Below are positions 48,700 through 59,915 of a stretch of DNA of 64,000 bases, in pieces; position 1 is the stretch's first letter; the number at the start of each line of letters is the position of its first letter. The DNA comes from a bacterium (lineage in GTDB: Bacteria > Patescibacteriota > Patescibacteriia > SG8-24). A model generated the notes under the pieces. It was not told the origin of the DNA, did no database searches, and worked only from the letters and a program-made list of their open reading frames with translations. The stretch covers positions 46-64,045 of the forward strand of contig JAHFIV010000001.1 in the NCBI GenBank assembly GCA_023246225.1, read 5' to 3'. A program made the translations under genes and the position numbers.

Positions 48700-49548
48700 C
48701 TACCGTTTTTTCGCTGGTCGCAACGCGTTTGAAAGCGCAGCCCACTCGACGACAGAAAGTTCCTCCGGACGAGCGGACGGTAAAATTTTTGCCTCAACGA
48801 AGGCGGTTTCTAAGGCTGACGGGATCGTTGTGGTGGATTTCAGGCTGTTGCGAAGTTGTTTGCGACGCTCTCTGAACGCTTGCCGAACGATCTCGAAGTA
48901 ACGAATCGCGGTTGTCTCTCCAAAAAATTTCTGCAACTCTTCGTCGCTGCGTCGACTCATGTGGATAACCGCCGAAGCAACTTTTGGTGGCGGAAAAAAC
49001 GCTCCAGCCGCAACATTTTTCACTCGCTCCACACGCGCAAGCGTTTGCATAAACACCGCGAGCGAACTCATGTCGCCAGGTTTTGCGAGAATGCGATCAG
49101 CGACTTCTTTTTGCACCATCACCGTGATCGACGTCGGTGCCGGAGATTCGAGAAGAAGTTTTTGCAGTATCGCCGAAGTGATCGCATAAGGAAGATTCGC
49201 GATCACGACGTAGTGGTCGCGCGCAAATATGGAATTGGCTACAGAAAATGCGAGCGCATCACCTTCAACAAGATGAAAATTTTTGTACGAACCAAAACGC
49301 TCGCGAAGCACGGTGCAAAGTTTTTTATCGATTTCAATCGCGAGAACTTCTGCGCCGCAGCGAAGAAGTTCTGCGGTAAGAATTCCCGGACCAGGACCGA
49401 TCTCAAAAACCCGTGTCCCCTTTTGCACGCCTGCGGCGTCTACCATCCCCGCAACAACTTTTTCATCCAACAAAAAATGCTGGCTTCGATCTTTGAGAGG
49501 ACGGATGCCGAGCGGTTCGAGAAGTTGACGAAGCTCTGTCGGGGTCAT
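48700..49548 (-). CDS. rsmA: 16S rRNA adenine dimethyltransferase
   Basis: QHFLLD, EIGPGPGILT, ANLPYAIT, FFPPPKVAS, RRKQLRNSL. Confidence 0.95.
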   Translation of the reverse strand: MTPTELRQLLEPLGIRPLKDRSQHFLLDEKVVAGMVDAAGVQKGTRVFEIGPGPGILTAELLRCGAEVLAIEIDKKLCTVLRERFGSYKNFHLVEGDALAFSVANSIFARDHYVVIANLPYAITSAILQKLLLESPAPTSITVMVQKEVADRILAKPGDMSSLAVFMQTLARVERVKNVAAGAFFPPPKVASAVIHMSRRSDEELQKFFGETTAIRYFEIVRQAFRERRKQLRNSLKSTTTIPSALETAFVEAKILPSARPEELSVVEWAALSNALRPAKKR

Positions 49549-50726
49549 GACTGTGGGATCTTCCGCGGCATCAATGCATACAACGCCGTAAATGCACCGG
49601 CGAGAACGAACACCGTGGGCCATGCGTTCGGAAATTTCCAAAGAATCATTGCGGCGCTTGTAGCAGCGATAATTTTCCCGAGCGCGAGCGCCATCTCAAA
49701 ATGAATCACCGTTTCCATCACCACTCCCTCGCGCGCATCATCGTAAATAGTAGAAAGCAACGGCACGTTCAACATATTTTTTGAAATACGATAGAACGTA
49801 TCCATCAAAAATACGCCGGGCGCTCCCGATACGATCGGTCGAAGCACCCATGAAGCGACAGAATACAGTACGCCGCTACGGAGTATGCCGCTCCGCTCCC
49901 CTTCATCACTCATGCGACCAACGTATAAAATTACCAAAACGTTTATGAACATCGCGAGAGAGACGATCATGCCGAGCGAGGCGAAGTTTGCGATGATCGT
50001 TATCATAAAAATTGGCCACACGACAAGCGTGATCAATTCTTCGCCAAACCCCAAGAACGCAAGCGTTCGGCGTCGCGCACTTTTTTTGAACGGACGAATT
50101 AATGCGGAAAAATATTTGAATTCCTGTGGCACGTACAGCTCCGGCGTACGAAGAAGAGGGACATTAGAGAGCAAAATCAAAGCAGCAACGATAAGAAGCA
50201 GAACTTTGAACCCAAAAAATACCACGATAAAACCACCGAACGTCGGCGCAAGGATCGATGCGAGACCGACCACGGCCGCCATGTTTGAAACCTCCCGCCC
50301 CCGCTCCTGCTTTGAGCTCCATGTCGCAAAATTCGCATGATATCCCGGCCAATAAAGAATTTTTTGCATCACGAGTGACAGGAGTGCGATACCGATAAAC
50401 GCGTTATTCCATGGAATGGCGTAGAGCGAGATGTACCACAGCACGAGGAACGGCGAACTAAACAGCATCGTGTGCTCGTATCCGTGCCGCCGACAAATCC
50501 GACCGCCGAGCGGGAGAAGAAAAAAATATAATACGTACAACGCCGCGTTAAAAAGAAGAATTTGCGGAACAGAAAATCCGATCGAATGCAGATAGATCGG
50601 TTCAAACAAACTTACCGAACCGGTCGCGAAACTGAGCATGCCGCTCGCAATAAAAAGTTCTTTCACTTCTTGCGAAGGGTGCGGAGCGAAATAATGTTCG
50701 ATGTAGTGTCTGATGTGGCCGATCAT
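49545..50726 (-). CDS. MFS transporter
   Basis: About 12 hydrophobic segments; 393 aa. Confidence 0.75.
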   Translation of the reverse strand: MIGHIRHYIEHYFAPHPSQEVKELFIASGMLSFATGSVSLFEPIYLHSIGFSVPQILLFNAALYVLYFFLLPLGGRICRRHGYEHTMLFSSPFLVLWYISLYAIPWNNAFIGIALLSLVMQKILYWPGYHANFATWSSKQERGREVSNMAAVVGLASILAPTFGGFIVVFFGFKVLLLIVAALILLSNVPLLRTPELYVPQEFKYFSALIRPFKKSARRRTLAFLGFGEELITLVVWPIFMITIIANFASLGMIVSLAMFINVLVILYVGRMSDEGERSGILRSGVLYSVASWVLRPIVSGAPGVFLMDTFYRISKNMLNVPLLSTIYDDAREGVVMETVIHFEMALALGKIIAATSAAMILWKFPNAWPTVFVLAGAFTALYALMPRKIPQS

Positions 50727-51301
50727 ACTCTTAATACTTCTATTGTATCGTTTTTTACACGAACGATCGTGGATGCGCGTCGCTTGGGTAACACTCCTGC
50801 GTTTAAAAAAAGATCTGGTGTACGATCGCGCCCTGCGAATGACCGCGCAATACCGCGAGAATTATACACCGCTGATTCACCAGAGATGTTCGCGGAAGTT
50901 GAAGTAACGAGTCCACCTGCAGCGTGCGCGATTGCGCGCGCCCATGCAGAAGACGGCACACGTACCGCACCAGTTTTCCTTCCTTTTTTAAATGATAACA
51001 CGAGAGTGAGCGGTCCGGGCCAATATCGGAGCGCGAGCGCGCGTGCTTTTCCACGCAACGTAAACATTTTTTCTACCGCCTGCCACGATGACGCAATAAA
51101 CGGAAGCGGTTTTCGTCTGGATCGCTCTTTAATGGCATACACGCACCGCACCGCTTTTGGATTCGATGGGTCTGCGGCGAGACCGTAGGAAGTTTCGGTG
51201 GGAAAAACGACTACGCCGCCGCCGCGCAGTACGTCAGTCGCTTCTTTAAGCGCACGTTTTGACACGCGAGTACGCGCGATCTTGATCGTTCGCATGGTCA
51301 T
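50723..51301 (-). CDS. tsaC: Threonylcarbamoyl-AMP synthase (YrdC/Sua5)
   Basis: VFPTETSYGL, IKER...KPL, WPGPLT, STSANISG, ASTIV. Confidence 0.93.
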   Translation of the reverse strand: MTMRTIKIARTRVSKRALKEATDVLRGGGVVVFPTETSYGLAADPSNPKAVRCVYAIKERSRRKPLPFIASSWQAVEKMFTLRGKARALALRYWPGPLTLVLSFKKGRKTGAVRVPSSAWARAIAHAAGGLVTSTSANISGESAVYNSRGIARSFAGRDRTPDLFLNAGVLPKRRASTIVRVKNDTIEVLRV

Positions 51302-52227
51302 GAAGAGTTCGCGCGGAACCAAGCAACCGTCCGCTTGATCCCCTCCTCAAGACCCACACGCGGTCGCCACCCCAGACCTTTTTTTGCAGCAGTGCAGTCG
51401 AGTGCGGCGCGTCGCTCTTCACCGGGATTCGCAGGGCCATGCGCAGGACGAATGCGGCCGCCGAGTGCTGCACGAATCAACGCATCGACACGATTCACCG
51501 ACACCTCCTTGGCCGTGCCGATGTTGAACGCGCCGTGCACACCGTTCTTCATTGCAAGAATGTTCGCTTCGATAACATCATCAACGTACACAAAGTCTCG
51601 CGTTTGTTTGCCATCACCAAAAATTGTTGGGCGCACGCCCCGCAGCATTTTCTGGATAAAAATTCCGATGACGCCAGCTTCGCCTTTTAAGCCCTGACGC
51701 GGACCGTATACGTTCGCATACCGCAAAGCGACATACTTAATGCCGTAATTATGGCATGCGGCGTGCAGGTATAACTCAAAAGCGAACTTTGCGACACCAT
51801 ACGGCGACATCGGCATGCAAGGAACGTTCTCCGGTGTCGGTCGAATGTTCAACCCATGATAGATCGCTCCGCCCGAAGAAGAAAAAATAATTTTTTTCAC
51901 GCCCGACCGCACGCAAGCCTCAAGAATGCGAAGCGAGCCGTGAATGTTTGTTTCTGCATCACTGATCGGATCCTCAACCGATTTACGCACATCGATCTGT
52001 GCCGCGAGATGAAACACGAGTGCCGGTTTCTCACGAAGAAAAATCTTTGCGATGCGTGGGTCGCGGATGCTCATGCAAACAAATTTTGCTCCCTTCGGCA
52101 CAAACTCCCGCCGACCCGTGGAAAGATCATCGATCACCACAACATGGCACCGTTCTTTAAGAAGTCGCTGTACGAGCTGGGAGCCGATGAAGCCGGCGCC
52201 ACCGGTGACAATGACTGTTTGACGCAT
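51298..52227 (-). CDS. NAD-dependent epimerase/dehydratase (UDP-glucose 4-epimerase-like)
   Basis: TGGAGFIGS, HLAAQ, YGVAK, RYANVYGPRQ, RDFVYVDD. Confidence 0.92.
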   Translation of the reverse strand: MRQTVIVTGGAGFIGSQLVQRLLKERCHVVVIDDLSTGRREFVPKGAKFVCMSIRDPRIAKIFLREKPALVFHLAAQIDVRKSVEDPISDAETNIHGSLRILEACVRSGVKKIIFSSSGGAIYHGLNIRPTPENVPCMPMSPYGVAKFAFELYLHAACHNYGIKYVALRYANVYGPRQGLKGEAGVIGIFIQKMLRGVRPTIFGDGKQTRDFVYVDDVIEANILAMKNGVHGAFNIGTAKEVSVNRVDALIRAALGGRIRPAHGPANPGEERRAALDCTAAKKGLGWRPRVGLEEGIKRTVAWFRANSS

Positions 52228-52245
52228 AGGAAGGCGAGTTTAATA

Positions 52246-52328
52246 AGGTTGAGAGGTTTAGAGGTGTAAAGGTTAAGAGGTTTAGAGGGCCGGATCTTTT
52301 AACCTTACACCTCTAAACCTCTACACCT
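52246..52328. repeat. Inverted arrays of an 8-bp unit AGGT(T/G)NA(G/A)
   Basis: Five direct units followed by four reverse-complement units. Confidence 0.8.
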
Positions 52329-52329
52329 T

Positions 52330-53437
52330 TTATCCCTTCTTCCCGGCATTCTGTCGCAGATATGCTTCGACAAATTGATCGAGGTCGCCATCGAGAACTT
52401 CCTGGGTGTTCTGCGTTTCGTACTTTGTGCGATGATCTTTCACCATCTGGTACGGATGGATCACGTACGAACGAATCTGATTCCCCCACTCCGCGCTCGT
52501 GAATTCGCCGCGCAGTTTCTTTTTTTCTTCTGCGCGTTCTTCGAGATACACCTTGTGCAACTTCGCACGCAAAATGCGCATCGCGGTTTCTTTATTCTGT
52601 GTTTGTGAACGCTCGTTCTGACAGGTAACGACGATGCCGGTCACGAGGTGTGTGATGCGCACCGCAGAATACGTCGTCTGTACACCTTGGCCACCGTGAC
52701 CGCCAGCGAGATATGTATCGATGCGCAAATCCTGCGGAAGAATTTTTACTTCTTCGATGTCACCGAGTTCGGGGAGAACTTCGAGTAGCGCGAACGATGT
52801 TTGGCGAAGTTGATCTGCATTGAACGGCGAGAGACGCACGAGTCGATGCACGCCCGCTTCGGCTTTGAGAAAACCGTATGCGTAACGACCTTCAACAGAA
52901 AACGTTGCGCTTTTGATCCCCGCTTCATTTCCTCGCGACTCGTCGAGCAGTTTCACCTTCCAACCTTTGCGCTCAGCATAACGAAAATACATACGCATCA
53001 GCATCTCCGCCCAATCCTGTGCATCGGTTCCTCCCGCGCCGGCGTGAATCGCAAGGATCGCGTCGTTCTCATCGAACTTATCGCCCATCAGCGTCGCAAA
53101 TTCGAGCTTTGCAAACTTCTGCAGCAACTCCTCCAATTGTTTTTTTGCATCGGCTTCCGCGGTCGTGTCATTTTCATCTTCCGCAAGACGCGCAAAATCT
53201 AAAAGTTCATCGGTGTCTGCGCGCAACTGATCCCACTCACTGTAATATGATTTGATATCTGCGAGTCGACGGCTCACGCGCTGCGCATGTTCCTGATTTT
53301 TCCAAAAATCTGGCTGCTGCGTTTCCCACTCGGTTGCGTCGATGTCCGCCTTGGTTTTTGCGAGGTCAAAGTAACCCCCAAGTATCGGAGATCCGGCCGC
53401 GGAGATTCTCGATATCCTGGAGGTGTGGCTTTATCAT
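52330..53437 (-). CDS. prfB: Peptide chain release factor 2 with programmed +1 frameshift
   Basis: SPF and GGQ motifs; GGGGG-TTA-CTT-TGA-C shift site at 53365-53379. Confidence 0.96.
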
Positions 53438-53775
53438 AACGTTATCTTTTGTGCGTACTTGCCGACGAGCGGAAGTTCCCACTTCACGCCCTGGAGTGTG
53501 CGCACGACGGCGATGATTGAAACGATGAACATTGTGAAACTCAGGACTGCACCGACCCATGCGTGAAGAAATCCGAAACTGAGTATGACATCGATTGCGA
53601 ACAGCACGATCCCTTGCCGAACGTGATACTTACAAAACTCACTATCCTTCCTGACGAGCATCGGGATGAGAAAAAGAATGCCGAGATACGCGAGCGCGGC
53701 GAGAATGCGCTCTTCGGTATCCTTTTTTGGCGCTGGCGGTGTCGATTGATGAAGAGTCTCTTCCATATATGCCAT
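53434..53775 (-). CDS. DUF4870-like small membrane protein
   Basis: LAALAYLGILFLIP...FCKYHVRQG...WELPLVG. Confidence 0.8.
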   Translation of the reverse strand: MAYMEETLHQSTPPAPKKDTEERILAALAYLGILFLIPMLVRKDSEFCKYHVRQGIVLFAIDVILSFGFLHAWVGAVLSFTMFIVSIIAVVRTLQGVKWELPLVGKYAQKITL

Positions 53776-53812
53776 GCTACAGCGGTACGCCGTTTCTTTC
53801 AACGGACCACCC

Positions 53813-53959
53813 ATTGTCATTCCGGCCCGCCTTTTTGTCATTCCAGCCTCCTCTTCTTGTCATTCCGGGCCGTGACCCGGAATCCAGAACCGTAAAGCCA
53901 AACGATTTCCGTTTGGCCTTTTTATTTTTCTGGATTCCGGCTCGGAGGCCGGAATGACA
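53813..53959. repeat. REP-like composite cluster
   Basis: Near reverse-complement of 37870-37970. Confidence 0.9.
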
Positions 53960-53997
53960 AAATAATGAAAAAGAGGCCCGTGCAGGGCCTCAAAAAT

Positions 53998-54345
53998 TCA
54001 ATCGTCAGGGCCGCAATTGCCCATGTGTCGTCCGAGCATCACCATCGCGTTGTGATCTCTTGTGGCTTGCTCGCGCGTGGCGATCAGCACCTCGCGCATC
54101 TCAGCGATAATCAACCTCATCATCGCCGGTCTCGGACGCGAAACGCCGAGCGCATAACGTGCAAATGACGTTCCTCCGACCTCGGTCTTTTCCACGAGCA
54201 TGCTCATGAAACGCTCGCCACGACCGAGCAGCATCGCCTGCATGAGTGCGGATCGCACCAACTCATCGAATGGTGGGCTCGCGCCGTCCCAATCTTTCAT
54301 GTGAACGATCAGCATGTTGAAGTTGCACTCCACGTTTCTTTCCAT
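53998..54345 (-). CDS. Hypothetical HTH-like protein, paralogue 3
   Basis: DWDGASPPFDELVRSAL; GAGGAG SD. Confidence 0.7.
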   Translation of the reverse strand: MERNVECNFNMLIVHMKDWDGASPPFDELVRSALMQAMLLGRGERFMSMLVEKTEVGGTSFARYALGVSRPRPAMMRLIIAEMREVLIATREQATRDHNAMVMLGRHMGNCGPDD

Positions 54346-54363
54346 GGTGGACTCCTCGACTCG

Positions 54364-54657
54364 CTACGTTGTCTTGTTGCTCGACGCTTCTTCGCGCAGA
54401 GCGATAAGCGTCCTACGCACTGTGGCACCGATCCATTGCAGCAGCAACGGATGCGGCTCCGTTTGCTGATGCGCCCAACGGACGATGGTTGGCGACGAAA
54501 CTCCTAAGGCTTCCGCCAAATCGCGAACGAACGAAGCGTCGTTACGAACCAATCTCAAGGCTGAACTGATCACCTCGTGCAAGGGAGGGGTCTTTCCATC
54601 CCAGTGTTCGAGCGACGCGATGAGCGTATCGAGGGGGGTCTCTTCTTCTTTCTTCAT
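54364..54657 (-). CDS. Xre-type HTH protein, paralogue 2
   Basis: HWDGKTPPLHEVISSAL; RDLAEALGVSSPTIVRWAHQQTEP; AGGAG SD. Confidence 0.75.
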   Translation of the reverse strand: MKKEEETPLDTLIASLEHWDGKTPPLHEVISSALRLVRNDASFVRDLAEALGVSSPTIVRWAHQQTEPHPLLLQWIGATVRRTLIALREEASSNKTT

Positions 54658-54669
54658 TGTGTTCTCCTC

Positions 54670-55032
54670 CTATTCCTCGAAACCGTCGGGTCCGGGGAGA
54701 TCTCGCTTCATCTCGTCGATCAAAGCCTGAAGCCGCTTTTCGACCTCGGCCCTGCATTCGATGACTCGAGCACGGACTGATTCCACAATTTTCGGCTGTG
54801 ATTCCTTGAACCAGCTGTCACCCCGCGCGCATCCGATGATGGTATGTTTCTCGTTCTTGGTATCCTGCGCCACGCCGGTGAGAAAACGGTTCGTCTCCTC
54901 CATCGTCGCTGCGAGAAAAAGACCGGAAGCAACGCACTCAGAGAAGGATGGCTTCTTACCGTTCCAATTCTTGATCGACGAAAGAAAAGTCGTCTCGTCG
55001 GTCTCGATTCTGATTTTGCTCGACTTCTTCAT
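54670..55032 (-). CDS. Hypothetical protein, paralogue 1
   Basis: NWNGKKPSFSECVASGL; AAGGAGG SD before ATG 55032. Confidence 0.7.
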   Translation of the reverse strand: MKKSSKIRIETDETTFLSSIKNWNGKKPSFSECVASGLFLAATMEETNRFLTGVAQDTKNEKHTIIGCARGDSWFKESQPKIVESVRARVIECRAEVEKRLQALIDEMKRDLPGPDGFEE

Positions 55033-55088
55033 GAAAAGACCTCCTTCACTCATGCTAGGCTAGCATTTCTCGCACATAAGTCAATACA

Positions 55089-55120
55089 GAAAACGCCCCA
55101 CAGTATTGCGAGGCGTTTTC
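55089..55120 (-). terminator. groEL terminator
   Basis: GAAAACGCC...GGCGTTTTC hairpin. Confidence 0.65.
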
Positions 55121-55131
55121 GTTACTCTTCC

Positions 55132-56784
<1,653 letters not shown>

Positions 56785-56798
56785 TCAAGTGAGGTTCA

Positions 56799-57089
56799 TT
56801 AGGCAAGGACAGCGAGAATGTCGCCTTCCTCCAATATCAATAATGTCTGCCCGTCGATTTTAAATTCATCTGGTGCGTATTTCTTAAACATCACCTTGTC
56901 GCCCGGCTTCACGGTCATCGGTGCGCGCTGTCCGTTCTCAAGCAGCTTACCTGGTCCGGTTGCAACGACCTCCCCCTTCTCCGGTTTTTCTTTCTCTACA
57001 GTGTCAGGAATGATGATCCCCGATTTTGTTGCCTGCTCCTCAGAAAGCGCCTTCACAAGAACGCGGTCGGATAACGGATTCACCTGCAT
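56799..57089 (-). CDS. groES: Co-chaperonin GroES
   Basis: PLSDRVLV, TKSGIIIPDT, GEVVATGPG. Confidence 0.98.
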   Translation of the reverse strand: MQVNPLSDRVLVKALSEEQATKSGIIIPDTVEKEKPEKGEVVATGPGKLLENGQRAPMTVKPGDKVMFKKYAPDEFKIDGQTLLILEEGDILAVLA

Positions 57090-57111
57090 AAAAACAATAA
57101 AAAAAATTTAC

Positions 57112-57138
57112 TTAGCACTCATGAACATAGAGTGCTAG
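57112..57138. promoter_or_regulatory. CIRCE element (HrcA operator)
   Basis: TTAGCACTC-N9-GAGTGCTAG, one mismatch to consensus, just upstream of groES. Confidence 0.93.
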
Positions 57139-57203
57139 TACATAGTGAGCTATAAGCGTGATGACTGTCAAGACGCCCGTTTTTAGAGAAACTCACTGTG
57201 GGC

Positions 57204-58535
57204 TCAACGTTTATTCTCCACTGTTTCGAAGTGAAAAAAAGCGGCGCGGAGCAATCCGGCGATCGACCAAAAAAGCAGCTGGCCGAACCAAGAACTCCAC
57301 AAAAAATGATCGAACATCGCAGCGATGAGAAGCGCGATGAACGCAGCGGCATACACAGTGACGCCGGTTGAGACCGTTGCTTTGTGATGCAGTAATCGTC
57401 GGCGGATGATATCGATCGTAAACCATACAAACCCGAGCCAGGCAACAAGACCGAGAACACCGGTTTCAACTGCGATGAGCGCGGGAACATTGTGCACATA
57501 ATCATACAACCACCAGTCGCGCTCGGTTGCAGATTCTCGCGCGAGCGCGATCGGCATCTGTCCGACACCGACACCGGTGAACGTGTGTCGCGCAAAAAGC
57601 GCCAACGCATCTTCGTACTGACTTCCACGCTGTTGAATCGATTGTGTCTCCAATCTTCCTATTGCAGTTGAGCGAGTGCGTAGCGGTTCAGCGTACAAAT
57701 ATCCGATGACGGAAAACGTGACCGTTGTGATCATGAACGCGGGGATCATGATCCGCCGAAAAGTCGGTGCGGCCTCGCTGCCAAAAGCACTGATCGTCAT
57801 CCACACGAATCCTGCAGCGACAGCAAGGAGTGCGCTTCGTGAAAAAGAAAATAACAATCCCATGGTGATGATCGGCATGAGCGCGTAGTACACGAGATGC
57901 TTGCCGTGACCGCGAAATGCGGCGAGACCGATGCAGGTGAGAAGACCGACACCGACATACAAACCAAAAATATTTGGATGCGAAAGTGATCCGTATGCGC
58001 GAAGCCAGCGACCACTGTCGGTCTCGACAACGAAAGCGCCGAGCTGATCAGCAGAATGCATCGCCATGCCGAGCCACTTTGACGCAAAGGCTGATTGGGT
58101 AAAAAATTGATAACCGCCGAGCGCGACCTGAAACACCGCGCCACCAACGAATGCAGTGAGTACTTCTCGTGGATCTGGTCGAAACATGCTGATCGCGAAG
58201 TAGACCGCGACGCCGAGCAACAACGAAAATGCAGCGACCACACCCGCAAGTGCATCGCTCGCCTGCATAGCGGAGAGCGCGGCGAACACCGCAACGATCG
58301 CCGCGCACATCGCTGCCCTGCTTTTAAATGTTTCTAGGAAACCGCGCCATCCGTACGTAAAAAAAACGAGCGAGACAAAAAGTAACGCGACAATTTGCAT
58401 ACCGAAAATACTGACGGTTCCCGGCTCAACAGAATGATCGAGAATTTTTCCGGTATAAAAAATGTACCGCGTGCCGCTCGGCGCAAAGGCGATTAGGGCA
58501 GTAAGCAGCAAAGAGATCAGGTAACGACGTTTCAT
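57204..58535 (-). CDS. O-antigen ligase family membrane protein
   Basis: RAYGSLSHPN, FSFSRSA, TGVGVG, VHNVPALIAVETG, FDHF. Confidence 0.88.
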   Translation of the reverse strand: MKRRYLISLLLTALIAFAPSGTRYIFYTGKILDHSVEPGTVSIFGMQIVALLFVSLVFFTYGWRGFLETFKSRAAMCAAIVAVFAALSAMQASDALAGVVAAFSLLLGVAVYFAISMFRPDPREVLTAFVGGAVFQVALGGYQFFTQSAFASKWLGMAMHSADQLGAFVVETDSGRWLRAYGSLSHPNIFGLYVGVGLLTCIGLAAFRGHGKHLVYYALMPIITMGLLFSFSRSALLAVAAGFVWMTISAFGSEAAPTFRRIMIPAFMITTVTFSVIGYLYAEPLRTRSTAIGRLETQSIQQRGSQYEDALALFARHTFTGVGVGQMPIALARESATERDWWLYDYVHNVPALIAVETGVLGLVAWLGFVWFTIDIIRRRLLHHKATVSTGVTVYAAAFIALLIAAMFDHFLWSSWFGQLLFWSIAGLLRAAFFHFETVENKR

Positions 58536-59509
58536 AAAGATGCGATCTGTTTCTCTTTGATAGGGACCTCTGCAAAAGTCTCTTCCGGCTGAAAATGAGA
58601 GATGCCGAGCTCATGAAGTCGTGCAAAAAATTTCTTTTGAAACTCTTCACGACGATCTACGACATGAAACTTGAGGATGTCGTCTGAGATAACGACGCGG
58701 CTGTCGTGATTTGCGAGTGTGCGGATTTCGGCAGGAAAAAGCCGACGCTGTATTTTTTTTGCGAACGGCTCTGCAGCACGGAGAATGGGTAGAAAAATAC
58801 GGACCCAGCGCAAAGTGTGTGCCGAGCAAGAACGACGCGCAGAAAGCGCGCCGGGAATTCGCTGCTGTACCCAACTATTCTTTGCGAGAAACGCTGCAAA
58901 TACCCCACCAGCATCGTACAGCGGAATAAGTGATGCGATCCAATAGTGGAGATACGCATCTCCCCCACCCACCGCAACACACGAAAGGTCGAGTGCGTTT
59001 TCAGAAACAAAAAAACTCATACACACTTTGTCGGCATGAGAAGCGTGATTCGGTCGATGGCCGAGCAAAGTTAACGCACTCACGACGATAAACCGCGTCA
59101 CCCATAAAAATCCCGGTCGAACGACCACAAAAAGATCGATGTCGCTTTCGGCATCTGCATTGGAAAGCGCCAGACTGTTGCACACCGCAACGAGCCTGAC
59201 GGATGGGATGAAACTCAACCAACGTGAAACACGACGCGCTTTGCTGAATTTTGATTCCGCAAGTCGATACCGCCGCTGCCGTGTGCGAACGATGGAATCC
59301 CTTCCGGCGAGATGCCAGAATCCGTCATGCACCGCGATCTGTTCAGTTACGCCGCGAAGCGCTTCAAGTATGTGTTGAACGGTCGGTTTTTTTTCTTCTG
59401 AGGAAAAACAATACCGATGCCGCTGAAGTTCCATAAGATTCAGCGGGTAATCAAACAAGTCAAAGTATGCAAGCGTTGCAACGAGAGAACGCTGAAGTGC
59501 GGTGTGCAT
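58532..59509 (-). CDS. Nucleotidyltransferase-superfamily protein
   Basis: NSLA...ESDIDLFVV motif. Confidence 0.7.
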   Translation of the reverse strand: MHTALQRSLVATLAYFDLFDYPLNLMELQRHRYCFSSEEKKPTVQHILEALRGVTEQIAVHDGFWHLAGRDSIVRTRQRRYRLAESKFSKARRVSRWLSFIPSVRLVAVCNSLALSNADAESDIDLFVVVRPGFLWVTRFIVVSALTLLGHRPNHASHADKVCMSFFVSENALDLSCVAVGGGDAYLHYWIASLIPLYDAGGVFAAFLAKNSWVQQRIPGALSARRSCSAHTLRWVRIFLPILRAAEPFAKKIQRRLFPAEIRTLANHDSRVVISDDILKFHVVDRREEFQKKFFARLHELGISHFQPEETFAEVPIKEKQIASL

Positions 59510-59559
59510 CAAAAAAGGTGATGAGTGAGCAGCTTACTGTCACTTTATCACCTTTTTTG
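59510..59559. terminator. Bidirectional-type terminator hairpin
   Basis: AAAAAAGGTGAT...ATCACCTTTTTT. Confidence 0.6.
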
Positions 59560-59592
59560 ATTACCCGTGGACTCTTAGGGAGCCTAAGGAAT

Positions 59593-59913
59593 CTAATTTT
59601 CAACTTCCATGTGGCTTGCGGTACCGCCTGCGGTCTCTACGAGACTTTTCGGAATAATCGCCGCCGCAACGCGCTCGTGCACAGCCGAATCTTCAACTAC
59701 CATCTTTTCAGTATCGATCGATACGACTTGAGAATGGTGAATCAACAAATCATCGGGGAGTAGAGCAGAAAGTAATCTAGATTTTGACACGACATATTGT
59801 TCGACCGCATGCGTGTCGGTATCGAGAACGAATCCCGCGAGCTTCCCTAGCTTCTCGCCACTTTTTTTCGTCACGACTGGGATGTTGCGGAGATCTTCGT
59901 ATCGAACTTTCAT
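59593..59913 (-). CDS. PRC-barrel domain protein
   Basis: LRNIPVVTKKSGEKLGKLAGFVLD. Confidence 0.8.
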   Translation of the reverse strand: MKVRYEDLRNIPVVTKKSGEKLGKLAGFVLDTDTHAVEQYVVSKSRLLSALLPDDLLIHHSQVVSIDTEKMVVEDSAVHERVAAAIIPKSLVETAGGTASHMEVEN

Positions 59914-59915
59914 AA

